DNA from: Paraglaciecola sp.
GTDB lineage: Bacteria; Pseudomonadota; Gammaproteobacteria; Enterobacterales; Alteromonadaceae
Direction of reading: 5' to 3'
Assembly (NCBI GenBank): GCA_047618055.1
Contig: JBLHIW010000001.1
Coordinates: 1 to 39,441, forward strand
Length of the DNA stretch: 39,441 nt
In this document: piece by piece, positions 23,984-33,796 of the stretch
Numbering within the stretch: position 1 is the first letter of the stretch
Layout of the letters: the number at the start of each line of letters is the position of its first letter
Notes under the pieces: generated by a model
Database searches by the model: none
The model's input: the letters and a program-made list of their open reading frames with translations, nothing else
Told to the model about the DNA's origin: nothing
Translations under genes and position numbers: made by a program

Positions 23984-25615
23984 TTAGCGCGCTCGGTAAT
24001 GCCAGGCAAGCAACCAGTTACTCAGGCCAAGTGCGCAGCCACCAGCAGGTAACCACCACTGACTGGCATAGATCGGTACGATAGCCGCGATCAGTAAAAA
24101 TGTCGAACCAACCAGGGTAAATAGCAAGCTTTGTTGGGCGCGCTTTTGGTGTGCCTGCTGCCGTTCGTTTTGTTGTTTATGTTGTTCTGGTAGTCTTTTT
24201 ATCTCACGTAGCGTGTCATAAATTAGGTCTGGCATTTCCGGCAGCTTTTCTGACCAAAAAGGTAAGTTCGCGGATATTTTCTGGTACATAGCCTTAAAGC
24301 CGATTTGTTCTTTCATCCAATTTTCCAAAAAGGGCTTCGCCGTTTGCCATAAGTCTAATTGAGGATAGAGCTGACGACCTAAGCCTTCGATATATAATAA
24401 GGTTTTTTGCAGTAATACCAGTTGCGGTTGGATCACCATATTAAAGCGACGGGCGGTGTTAAACAGCTGGAGCAGCACATTGCTGAATTCTATTTCCGCC
24501 AGGGGTTTCTGGAAAATAGGCTCGCATACCTTACGAATAGAGGCTTCAAAATCATCGATATCAGTGTCTGCTGGCACCCAGCCAGAGTCAACGTGTAACT
24601 GGGCTACCTTGCGATAATCACGGTTAAAAAAAGCAATAAAATTTTCCGCCAGATAGCGCTTGTCGCCGCTATTTAAGGTGCCAACAATCCCAAAGTCGAT
24701 AGTAATGTATTGGGGGTCGTGGGGATTAGCGGTGGAAACAAAAATATTACCGGGATGCATGTCAGCATGGAAAAAACTATCCCGGAATACCTGGGTGAAA
24801 AACACTTCGACTCCCCGTTCGGCCAGTTTTTTCATGTCCGTATTGCGAGCTTCCAGGGCCGCCATATCAGCAATCGGCGTACCATAGATACGTTCCATCA
24901 CCATCACATTTTTATGACAATAGTCGCTGTATATTTGTGGAACATAGAGGGCCGGTGAATTCTCAAAATTTTGTCTGAACTGAATGCCGTTGGCGGCTTC
25001 GTGCATTAGATCCAGCTCATCGATAATCGTCCGTTTATACTCCTCCACCACTTCGACCGGTCGCAGGCGCTTGCCATCGGGCAGTAACTTCTGCAAAGCA
25101 TGGGCCACGGTCAGCATTAATTTAATATCGGCATGAATCGTCTGTTTAATGTTCGGTCTGATCACTTTGACCACCACCTCTTGCGTCTGCCCGATTAACT
25201 TGGCGCTATGCACCTGGGCAATGGAAGCGGAGGCCAATGGCGTGGCATCAAACTCGCTGAACAAGTCGCTAATCTTATGTAAACCCAGAGACTGACAGAT
25301 GATTGCCTGGGCGACATCACTGTCAAAGGGCGCAACCTGATCCTGTAATATGGCCAGTTCGTTGGCAATGTCGATGGGCAGTAAGTCTTTACGGGTAGAC
25401 AGCATCTGGCCAAATTTAATAAACACCGGACCCAGAGTTTGTAAGGCTAAACGAATTCTCTCGCCCGTAGATTTCTGTGGATGCTGATTGCGTAACCAGA
25501 AAAAACCATAGCGTCCAAGCCTGGCATACCAGGGTAACCATTTTTCCGGGATAAGCTCATCCAAACCGTGTTGCAATAACACCTTATTGATTTGATACAG
25601 ACGTAAAGCACGCAC
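23984..25615 (-). CDS. ubiB: Ubiquinone biosynthesis atypical kinase UbiB
   Basis: [39 protein letters not shown]. Confidence 0.97.
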   Translation of the reverse strand: MRALRLYQINKVLLQHGLDELIPEKWLPWYARLGRYGFFWLRNQHPQKSTGERIRLALQTLGPVFIKFGQMLSTRKDLLPIDIANELAILQDQVAPFDSDVAQAIICQSLGLHKISDLFSEFDATPLASASIAQVHSAKLIGQTQEVVVKVIRPNIKQTIHADIKLMLTVAHALQKLLPDGKRLRPVEVVEEYKRTIIDELDLMHEAANGIQFRQNFENSPALYVPQIYSDYCHKNVMVMERIYGTPIADMAALEARNTDMKKLAERGVEVFFTQVFRDSFFHADMHPGNIFVSTANPHDPQYITIDFGIVGTLNSGDKRYLAENFIAFFNRDYRKVAQLHVDSGWVPADTDIDDFEASIRKVCEPIFQKPLAEIEFSNVLLQLFNTARRFNMVIQPQLVLLQKTLLYIEGLGRQLYPQLDLWQTAKPFLENWMKEQIGFKAMYQKISANLPFWSEKLPEMPDLIYDTLREIKRLPEQHKQQNERQQAHQKRAQQSLLFTLVGSTFLLIAAIVPIYASQWWLPAGGCALGLSNWLLAWHYRAR

Positions 25616-25618
25616 AGC

Positions 25619-26275
25619 TTAGTTTTCACCTTGTGGTTGGTTTTCAAGTAATATCAAGCGGGCTTCCAGGCGCTGGGCAGCACTGCGTAGCCCATTGACT
25701 TGCTGGCAAAATTCCTCAACTTGCGTCGCAGGGATTGTAAGGCCCTGGTCTTGCATTAAGCGCTCGCTCAGGCTGGTGCTAAACTGCTGCATATTCTGCT
25801 GGGCGGATAAAAACACCGACTTCATACTGGCAAACGTTTGATGGGCCAGCACATCTCCGGTGTAGTGAGAAAGCTGCTCCTCCCAGTCAATATCCAGCTC
25901 TTTGATCAGGGCGCTGAAAGCTTGAGCAACATGGATGTCTCCTTCCAATAGCAGTTTTTTTTGCTGAATAAGTTGGCTGATTTTGCTGCTGTCCTGCAAT
26001 TCAGGGAGGGTTTCAAGGGCCAATTCAATCTCACAGTCGGCGGCTTGATTTTGCTGAGCATGATCATTGAACTGCATATTGTCGATATTTTGTTCTACCA
26101 GCACATCCACGTGCTCTGAAAAACTAAACAACAAGGGCCAGGGGACTTCTCGGATGGTAACTTTGAGCTGCTTGCCGGCGAGTTTTTTGAGTTTAACCTG
26201 GCTTTGGGGATCAAGCTTGAGTAATTGATTAATACCCAGTTCAAGTCCCGCGCTGAGGAGTTGAGCAAAGGGCAT
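25619..26275 (-). CDS. ubiJ: Ubiquinone biosynthesis accessory factor UbiJ (SCP2 domain)
   Basis: Between ubiE and ubiB; LEGD, DWEEQLS..TGD, C-terminal RLEARL coiled coil. Confidence 0.92.
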   Translation of the reverse strand: MPFAQLLSAGLELGINQLLKLDPQSQVKLKKLAGKQLKVTIREVPWPLLFSFSEHVDVLVEQNIDNMQFNDHAQQNQAADCEIELALETLPELQDSSKISQLIQQKKLLLEGDIHVAQAFSALIKELDIDWEEQLSHYTGDVLAHQTFASMKSVFLSAQQNMQQFSTSLSERLMQDQGLTIPATQVEEFCQQVNGLRSAAQRLEARLILLENQPQGEN

Positions 26276-27076
26276 TTAAAACTTAAAACCGCGGTGCAGG
26301 GCAACAATTCCAGCACTAAGATTGTGATAGGTGGTTTGTTCAAATCCGGCCTGTTCCATCATGGATTTCAGTACATCTTGCTCCGGGTGCATGCGAATAG
26401 ACTCGGCCAGATACTGATAACTATCGCCATCGTTTGCCACCAGTTGGCCAATTTTTGGCAAAAGATGAAAGGAATAAAAATCGTAGGCCTTGCTGAGAAG
26501 CTCGTTAGTGGGCTTAGAAAATTCCAATACCAACAAACGCCCCCCTGGTTTTAGTACCCGGTACATGGAGGCCAGTGCCTTATCTTTATCGGTGACATTA
26601 CGCAGACCAAAGGCGATGGTTATGATGTCGAAGGTGTTGTCAGGGAAGGGCAACGCTTCCGCGTTGGCTTGCACATACTCCACATTGCCAACGATGCCTA
26701 AATCTCGCAATTTATCCCGACCGACTTTAAGCATGGCATCATTAATATCCGCCAACACTACCTTGCCCTTTTGACCGACGATGCGGGAAAACTTCGCAGT
26801 GAGATCCCCTGTTCCTCCCGCCAGGTCTAATACCTTATGACCGGCCCTTGCGCCACTGCAATCAATGGTAAAACGTTTCCACAGGCGGTGAATGCCCAGA
26901 GACATTACATCGTTCATAATGTCGTACTTAGCGGCGACCGATTGAAATACTTCGGCGACCATGGAGGCCTTTTGACTTTTATCTACCTGCCTGAATCCGA
27001 AGTGAGTCTGGCTGGACGATGGACTGCCGTTTTCCTGGCCAGTAAGGCCTTTATCGATGTTGTCACTCACGCTCAT
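26276..27076 (-). CDS. ubiE: Ubiquinone/menaquinone C-methyltransferase
   Basis: [44 protein letters not shown]. Confidence 0.98.
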   Translation of the reverse strand: MSVSDNIDKGLTGQENGSPSSSQTHFGFRQVDKSQKASMVAEVFQSVAAKYDIMNDVMSLGIHRLWKRFTIDCSGARAGHKVLDLAGGTGDLTAKFSRIVGQKGKVVLADINDAMLKVGRDKLRDLGIVGNVEYVQANAEALPFPDNTFDIITIAFGLRNVTDKDKALASMYRVLKPGGRLLVLEFSKPTNELLSKAYDFYSFHLLPKIGQLVANDGDSYQYLAESIRMHPEQDVLKSMMEQAGFEQTTYHNLSAGIVALHRGFKF

Positions 27077-27139
27077 GAACGATCCTTTGCTTAAATCGGC
27101 CGCTAGTTTACCTAAATTGACCGCTGCTTGGGTAGTTTT

Positions 27140-27829
27140 CTATAAATGATTATCGCCGACACTAAAGGCAATGATTTGACTTAAGTGCTGAAGTGGGCGA
27201 CCGCTTTGTTCCTGTAGCTGATTAAAGCTGCCTTGAATCGCCGCGAGGCTGCGTTTTGAATTTACCCCACCGGAGATGATGTTACGGCGAGTAAAATAAC
27301 CCACTACATCGTTGCTCAATAAAAATGTATCTTTGCCCATCGCCCGCAATCCATAGGGCCCGGTATTACCGCCTAAGCGTGTGCCACATCTTTTCAGATA
27401 AGCCCAGAGGCCAATAATGTCATCACCTGGCCAACTGGCGATAAACCTGGCAAAGCTGCCCTGCTCCCGGCGCACAGCGTCGATCATTAGGGCATTTCCC
27501 CGGATGGTTTTCACTTTATTATAGTTGCGAATAATGTCAGGATTTTGGGCTCTTTGTTCAAACATCTCGTCCGGCATCATTAGGACTTTATCTATATCAA
27601 AATTAAAAAACAGCCGTTCAAAGTTAGGCCACTTGTTCCTGACCACACGCCATACAAAACCCGATTGAAACACTTTCATGGTGAATTGGGCCAAAAATCG
27701 GTCGTCGCCCATTTTGGCTAATTCTTGCGGCGTCAAAGGATCGCCCAGCAGTGCTTCCAGAGCCCGTGGGCCGCCCTTACGTTCACAGGCCCGTTTATAC
27801 AGAGACTGAAAGTTTTCTAAATCTGTCAT
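27140..27829 (-). CDS. Divergent DNA-3-methyladenine glycosylase I (Tag)-like protein
   Basis: DDRFL...FQSGFVWRVVRNKW.NF...FD and IIRNYNKV...NA align by eye with the Tag helical core; LGGNTG...LRAMG. Confidence 0.7.
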   Translation of the reverse strand: MTDLENFQSLYKRACERKGGPRALEALLGDPLTPQELAKMGDDRFLAQFTMKVFQSGFVWRVVRNKWPNFERLFFNFDIDKVLMMPDEMFEQRAQNPDIIRNYNKVKTIRGNALMIDAVRREQGSFARFIASWPGDDIIGLWAYLKRCGTRLGGNTGPYGLRAMGKDTFLLSNDVVGYFTRRNIISGGVNSKRSLAAIQGSFNQLQEQSGRPLQHLSQIIAFSVGDNHL

Positions 27830-27870
27830 GCTCTAATCCCAAATGTCATCGTCGCAACCCGCATTGATAT

Positions 27871-27940
27871 TTTTGTGCCCCTTGAGCTTACCGTGGTAAA
27901 GCCAACGGCATGGTAGATACTACGCAAAAAGGGCACAAAA
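27871..27940. other. Long imperfect stem-loop between prlC and the tag-like gene
   Basis: TTTTGTGCCC/GGGCACAAAA perfect 10-bp arms enclosing an inner TACCGTG/CATGGTA stem. Confidence 0.6.
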
Positions 27941-28008
27941 GGAGCATTTCAAGTTGCTTTTTAAGCCTTACTGAAGTACGGAAATAGAGAAGTAAAGGGC
28001 TTATAAGT

Positions 28009-30045
28009 TTATTCTATACCGGCATGCCTCAATAAAGCGTCTACTTCTGGCTCACGACCTCTAAATGCCACAAACAACTCCATTGGTTCGCGACTACCGC
28101 CCATTTCGAGAATATTTTGCAGAAAATCCCGCCCGGTATCCCGGTTGAAAATACCTTCTTCTTCAAAGCGACTGAAGGCATCAGATGACAATACCTCCGC
28201 CCACTTATAGCTATAATACCCAGCCGCATAACCACCGGCAAAAATATGTCCAAAGCTGTTTTGAAAACGGTTAAAACTCGGGGGGGTCACGACTGCGACC
28301 TGCTCGCGCACTTTGTCTAAGAAAGTCTGAACATGGGTCTGCTTAGCGACAAATTCTTCGTGTAAGGTGAAATCAAATAAACTAAATTCGACCTGCCTAA
28401 GCATTTGCATAGCAGATTGAAAATTGCGCGCCGCTAACATTTTATCCAATAAATCTTGGGGCAGAGCCTCACCTGTTTGATAATGGCTGGAAATAAAGGC
28501 CAGTGCCTCTGGTTGCCAACACCAGTTTTCTAAAAACTGGCTGGGTAACTCCACTGCATCCCAGGCTACGCCGTTAATACCCGATACCCCACCCACGCTG
28601 ATCTTAGTCAGCATATGGTGGATGCCATGACCAAACTCATGAAACAGGGTGATCACCTCGTCATGGGTGAACAAGGCGGGTTTGTCGCCAACTGGCCCGC
28701 TAAAGTTACAGGTTAAGTAGGCTACAGGAGCTTGCAAGCTGCCATCCGATTTTGTACGTCGACAACGGCACTCATCCATCCATGCCCCGCCCCGTTTGTG
28801 TTCACGGGCGTACAAGTCTAGATAAAAGCTGCCGCGCAGTTCGCCGCTGCTGTCTTTTATGTCGAAAAAATTCACGTCTTGGTGCCAGGTATCTACACCT
28901 TGACGTTTAAGTATACTCACACCATAAAGCCGTGACACGACTTCAAATAAGCCATTGACCACTTTGTCTTCAGGGAAATAGGGCCGCAGGGCTTCGTCTG
29001 AGATAGCGTACTTTTGTTCTTTGAGTTTTTCGCTGTAGTAAGCAAGATCCCAGGCCTGGAGTTCGTCTTGTTGATAAACGTTTTCAGCAAAACTCTGCAG
29101 TTCTTGCCAGTCTTGCTGGGCAATGGGTAGGGAGCGCTTGGCCAAATCCAGTAAGAAGTTTTTAACCTGCTCGGGAGAGTCAGCCATTTTGGTGGCCAAA
29201 GAGCGCTGGGCATAGTTAGCAAAACCCATCAGTCCTGCCAGCTCTTGTCTCAGGGCCAGGATTTCATCTATCAGGGGACCGTTATCCCATTTCCCTGCAT
29301 TGGGTGCCTGCTCAGAAGCGCGGGTAGTATAGGCGCGGTACATTTCCTCCCGCAATTCACGGTTATCTGCATGCATCATCACGGGTAAATAACTGGGAAT
29401 ATCCAGGGTAAATAACCAGCCTGGCAAGTCTTTGCTGTGGGCCAGTTGTTTTGCCGCACCAAGAGCTGATTCAGGCAGACCGGCTAATTCTCTTTGATCA
29501 TTAATATTTTTTTGCCAGTGAAGGGTGGTGTCCATCACATTATTGCTAAAGGTGGACGCAAGATCCGACAGGCGGCTTTTTATCTGCCCATAGCGGGCTT
29601 TTTTATCGTCCTGTAAGGCTACGCCAGATAATTTAAAGTCTCGCACCCCGTTAGTGATGACTTTTTGCTGAGCTTGTGACAAATTGGCGAATTGGGCGCT
29701 GCCTTGGATTTGGCAGTAGGCATCAAATAATCCCTTATGCTGTCCTACCCATGTGCCATAGTCAGACAATAGAGGCAGGCAGGCATCATGGGCTTCACGT
29801 AGGGCATCGCTACTGACCACGGAATTCATATGCGACACCGGCGACCAAAGACGACTCAATTCGTCATCCACTTCCTCCAAAGGCGCGACCAGGCTATCCC
29901 AGCTATAACTATCCTGTTGCAACACCTGCTCGATAGTGGTTTTACACCGAGTAATTGCCTGTTCAAGGGAGGGTTTAATGCGCTCGGGGCGGATCTCTGA
30001 AAAATAGGGTAAGGCACTAAGATCTTGTACGGCAGTTTTGGTCAT
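28009..30045 (-). CDS. prlC: Oligopeptidase A (M3A)
   Basis: KRGGAWMD, zinc motif LFHEFGHGIHH, WDAVELPSQ, HIFAGGYAAGYYSYKWAE, FRGREP. Confidence 0.97.
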   Translation of the reverse strand: MTKTAVQDLSALPYFSEIRPERIKPSLEQAITRCKTTIEQVLQQDSYSWDSLVAPLEEVDDELSRLWSPVSHMNSVVSSDALREAHDACLPLLSDYGTWVGQHKGLFDAYCQIQGSAQFANLSQAQQKVITNGVRDFKLSGVALQDDKKARYGQIKSRLSDLASTFSNNVMDTTLHWQKNINDQRELAGLPESALGAAKQLAHSKDLPGWLFTLDIPSYLPVMMHADNRELREEMYRAYTTRASEQAPNAGKWDNGPLIDEILALRQELAGLMGFANYAQRSLATKMADSPEQVKNFLLDLAKRSLPIAQQDWQELQSFAENVYQQDELQAWDLAYYSEKLKEQKYAISDEALRPYFPEDKVVNGLFEVVSRLYGVSILKRQGVDTWHQDVNFFDIKDSSGELRGSFYLDLYAREHKRGGAWMDECRCRRTKSDGSLQAPVAYLTCNFSGPVGDKPALFTHDEVITLFHEFGHGIHHMLTKISVGGVSGINGVAWDAVELPSQFLENWCWQPEALAFISSHYQTGEALPQDLLDKMLAARNFQSAMQMLRQVEFSLFDFTLHEEFVAKQTHVQTFLDKVREQVAVVTPPSFNRFQNSFGHIFAGGYAAGYYSYKWAEVLSSDAFSRFEEEGIFNRDTGRDFLQNILEMGGSREPMELFVAFRGREPEVDALLRHAGIE

Positions 30046-30078
30046 TTTAGGGTTCTTTTAAAAAACGATATGTTTAGA

Positions 30079-30106
30079 AGTAAGGGTGAAAAGTCAAAAA
30101 CTCAAG
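30079..30106 (-). promoter_or_regulatory. Candidate sigma32 promoter of prlC
   Basis: Minus strand CTTGAG, 14-nt spacer, CCCTTACT versus consensus CTTGAA-N13-14-CCCCATNT; prlC is a sigma32 gene in E. coli. Confidence 0.5.
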
Positions 30107-30284
30107 TGCTCATGGCTAAGCAGTCGCCCATTATAATGTTAGGAAGCATGCAATTAATTTCCCACAAAACGGTTCTTTAGCGTGTGTACTTAGGAATTTT
30201 CGATTAGCTTAATAGTAAATTTAGCGTGTCATTTTTGGATACAAGCATATATCTTACAACAATATTTTTTAAGTGGGCAGACAG

Positions 30285-31634
30285 ATGACAGATTTTGATT
30301 ACATATGTATTGGTGGTGGTAGCGGTGGTATAGCGTCGGCTAATCGTGCCGCAAAGCACGGTAAGAAGGTGGCCATTATCGAGGCCAAACATATGGGAGG
30401 GACATGCGTAAATGTGGGTTGTGTACCTAAAAAAATCATGTGGTTTGGTGCGCAGGTGGCCGAGGCGATCCACCGCTACTCTCCCGACTACGGTTTTGAT
30501 GTCACCTTAAATGGTTTTGACTGGCAAACACTGGTGGCGAGCCGCGAAGCCTATATTAAGCGTATTCACGGCTCTTACGACAATGTGCTGGCTAAAAATG
30601 CCATCACCGTGATCAACGGGTTTGCCCGCTTTGTGGATAAACACACTCTTGAAGTGGAAGGCAAACAATACACCGCTGAGCATATTCTTATCGCGACTGG
30701 CGGCCGTCCAACCCTACCCAGCATTCCTGGTGCTGAGCTTGGCATTACCTCAGACGGTTTTTTTGAATTAAAGGCTCAGCCAAAACGGGTTGTGGTGGTT
30801 GGGGCAGGCTATATTGCGGTTGAACTGGCCGGTGTACTCCACTCTCTGGGCAGTGAAACGCATTTAGTGGTGCGAAAGCATGCACCACTAAGAAGTTTCG
30901 ATCCCATGCTAAGTGAAACGCTGGTTGAGTTGATGGCCGAAGACGGCCCGACACTGCATACCCATCGCACCCCAGAAAAACTAGAAAAAAATGCTGACGG
31001 CAGCCTGACCCTAAGCTTTGTTAGTGGTGAAACGATTGAGGCCGACAGCGTCATTTGGGCCATTGGCCGGGAACCCGCGAATGATAAAATTGGTTTGGAA
31101 AACGTGGGTGTTGAATTAAATGAACGAGGCTATGTGGCCGTTGATAAATATCAGAATACCAATGTACCTGGCATATATGCAGTAGGCGATAACATCGGTA
31201 AGGTCGAGCTGACTCCGGTTGCTGTCAAAGCTGGGCGCTTATTATCGGAACGTTTATTTAATAATCAAAGCAATGCCCATATGGATTACACCCTGATCCC
31301 AACGGTGGTCTTTAGTCACCCAGCAATCGGTACACTAGGCCTAACTGAACCGGAAGCGGTCGCTGAGTATGGCAAGGACAATATCACCATTTATAATTCC
31401 AGTTTTGGCGCAATGTATACCGCCGTTACCCGTAATCGACAGTTGACGCGCATGAAACTGATCTGTGCCGGGCCAGAGGAAAAGGTAGTCGGTCTGCACG
31501 GCATCGGTTTGGGTATGGATGAAATCCTGCAAGGCTTTGGCGTTGCAATGAAGATGGGTGCGACAAAAGCCGATTTTGATGCCTGCGTGGCCATCCACCC
31601 CACGAGTGCGGAAGAGTTTGTTACGCTAAATTAG
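30285..31634 (+). CDS. gorA: Glutathione-disulfide reductase
   Basis: [45 protein letters not shown]. Start placed at ATG 30285. Confidence 0.97.
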   Translation: MTDFDYICIGGGSGGIASANRAAKHGKKVAIIEAKHMGGTCVNVGCVPKKIMWFGAQVAEAIHRYSPDYGFDVTLNGFDWQTLVASREAYIKRIHGSYDNVLAKNAITVINGFARFVDKHTLEVEGKQYTAEHILIATGGRPTLPSIPGAELGITSDGFFELKAQPKRVVVVGAGYIAVELAGVLHSLGSETHLVVRKHAPLRSFDPMLSETLVELMAEDGPTLHTHRTPEKLEKNADGSLTLSFVSGETIEADSVIWAIGREPANDKIGLENVGVELNERGYVAVDKYQNTNVPGIYAVGDNIGKVELTPVAVKAGRLLSERLFNNQSNAHMDYTLIPTVVFSHPAIGTLGLTEPEAVAEYGKDNITIYNSSFGAMYTAVTRNRQLTRMKLICAGPEEKVVGLHGIGLGMDEILQGFGVAMKMGATKADFDACVAIHPTSAEEFVTLN

Positions 31635-31664
31635 TGAGGCAGGAAATCTACCGTCAATAAACAT

Positions 31665-31775
31665 GGACCCCAAGCCATTGGCCTTGCCGCTAGGCGACCA
31701 AGGAACTCAGCCCCATGAGCTTGCTGCACTAAGTGATTGGGGTGAGTGCCGCCAACAGCGCTGTTAAGGCATGCG
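31665..31775 (+). repeat. Degenerate ERIC-like element
   Basis: Core CCCCATGAGCTT...TAAGTGATTGGGGTGAGTG matches the recalled ERIC core (17/19 to TAAGTGACTGGGGTGAGCG); flanking TTGC..AGGCG and GCCAAC..GCTG are in ERIC order; forms a central hairpin. Confidence 0.72.
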
Positions 31776-32246
31776 TTTTTTCATTTGTGCAGAGTATAAG
31801 CGGCGATCTCTGTGCACAGATGTCTCAATGAAAGGAAAAGACTAAAGGTTAATCGCTTTTCCTAGGTATGGGTAATACCCTTCCTCCTTGATATGTGATC
31901 AACTCACAAGGCGCTGGCAAGTTTCATCGCAAAGCTAGCGGGGTTATTTATGGCATAACGCTGACATTGTTGTGCCTGAGTCAGTTGTTTATATCTCTTT
32001 ATTGCAGCATCTCTTTGTGAGAAAAAGCAAATAGCATATATTAAGTTGGCCATTTATTTTCCCGAATTAATATATGCACTTATGAGGTGAATCCATAGCA
32101 TTTTGTTGGGCACTCTTTGTTTTAAATCATTTTTTATTATTAGCTTAAATGACCGTTTTAGCTGTTTTCGGCAGTTTTTATTACTGGTACTTTGAGATGA
32201 AATTTGCTGTAATGAAACCTCCGTTCTAATGGATGTTGTATAATAA

Positions 32247-33182
32247 ATGCGAATTGGTTGGCGCGAGTTCCTTCGGCAACGTTTTAAGAAAGCCTCTAAA
32301 TACCATTCCATCGGTATAGAGTTCGGTGACACAGTCTTATATATCTCAACCTTTAGGAATTCAGCCAAAGAGTTAATTTGGGTCAAGCAACATGTCATTC
32401 CTATCACGGACTGGGTTGTGAAACTTAAAGAATATGTTGCAGAGCAAAATCTAGCGAATACGCCTTGCCGAGTTGCCCTTTCCATCGCCAGGTATCAACT
32501 ATTGCAAGTGGATAAACCTGCTGTAGCGAAGTCCGAATTAACACAGGCACTACAATGGTCGGTGGGGGAGCTCATACCAGGTGAAGATGAGCTAATACTC
32601 GACTATTTTGACTACCCCGCCTCTTCCTCTGCCGCCCCAAAGCTAAATGTGGTCGCCATCGCAAAAAAAGAGATAGTGGAAATTTGCCTTGGCATAGGCC
32701 AGGCGGGACTGAAACTTGAACATATTGGTATTGAGGAGTTGGCGACCTGCGATCTTCTACCACAAAGTGATGATGCGGTGATGACCGTTTTTCAGGAAGC
32801 GGGAGACCAAGTCTGCTTAAATATCGTCAAGCAAAATAAATTGTTTTTTTCCCGCAGGTTGCGGGGTTACGAAAATATGTTTAGTTTTTCACCTGAAGAA
32901 TTACAAATGGGCGTGGGGGATACCTTAAGTGTCGAGATCCAGCGTTCAGTAGATTATTTCGAAAGGCAGTTGCGCCAGACCCCGATAAAAAAAATACTTA
33001 TTTCTGTGGATTCTCCCCATCAAGATGAATTGGCGGTGTTAATTGCACAGCTCACCTCGCTATCAGTAGAAGCATTTAAGCCGGCAATTCATTTGGCGGA
33101 TGGTATGCAACTCTCAGTGGCGAGTTATGCTAGTTTAGGCGCGGCTATTGGCCATGAAGCCTCAGATGTAGAGGCTTCATGA
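32247..33182 (+). CDS. mshI: MSHA biogenesis protein MshI, PilM-like part
   Basis: YQLLQVDKP, ALQW, LDYFD, FSRRLRG, VEIQRSVDYFE; first gene of the msh operon. Confidence 0.85.
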   Translation: MRIGWREFLRQRFKKASKYHSIGIEFGDTVLYISTFRNSAKELIWVKQHVIPITDWVVKLKEYVAEQNLANTPCRVALSIARYQLLQVDKPAVAKSELTQALQWSVGELIPGEDELILDYFDYPASSSAAPKLNVVAIAKKEIVEICLGIGQAGLKLEHIGIEELATCDLLPQSDDAVMTVFQEAGDQVCLNIVKQNKLFFSRRLRGYENMFSFSPEELQMGVGDTLSVEIQRSVDYFERQLRQTPIKKILISVDSPHQDELAVLIAQLTSLSVEAFKPAIHLADGMQLSVASYASLGAAIGHEASDVEAS

Positions 33183-33796
33183 AAAACAGACTAAACCTAT
33201 ATACTGTAGAGATGCAGCCAAAACTGCAGATGCTGACATTGTCAGTGGCCTTTACACTGTGGTCCGTTGCTGGGTTTTTCATGCTTCTTTTCTATGTTTA
33301 TCTAAGTAGTCAAAATCAAGCATTACAAGGGGAATCTCTCACAGTGGCCGCACGTAAATCTGAACAATTAGCCCTTGTGGCGAGTGTTACCCAAGATGTG
33401 GCCTCGCAGGTAAAAGACCAACGACTGGTTAATACCATTGAACAAAAACAAATTGTACTGGGTTTAAAGCAGCGAGTGTTAAGCCGGGTAGCCGGGCAAG
33501 AGAGCTTAAAGTCTAGTGGTTTTTCAGACTTAATGCTGGCCTTGGCCAGTACCCACGAACATGGAATATGGCTGACGCAGATTAACTTAAATGGACAGGA
33601 GATTAGTATTGAGGGTGCCGCATTAGAATCATCAAGTGTGCCTAAATGGCTGAATAATTTGGGGACGAGCGAGTATTTTATAGGACGAGAATTTGCTACT
33701 ACAAGACTGTATAGAGATCCGCAACAACAGCTGTTTTTTGTACTGGACTCCCAGTACAGCGAACTAAATACAGAGATGAGTGCGGATGAGCGCTAA
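33179..33796 (+). CDS. MSHA biogenesis PilN-like protein (MshI C-terminal part)
   Basis: NLY motif, one TM helix, coiled coil, GFS...GIWLTQI...IEG.A....VPKWL. Confidence 0.82.
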   Translation: MKNRLNLYTVEMQPKLQMLTLSVAFTLWSVAGFFMLLFYVYLSSQNQALQGESLTVAARKSEQLALVASVTQDVASQVKDQRLVNTIEQKQIVLGLKQRVLSRVAGQESLKSSGFSDLMLALASTHEHGIWLTQINLNGQEISIEGAALESSSVPKWLNNLGTSEYFIGREFATTRLYRDPQQQLFFVLDSQYSELNTEMSADER

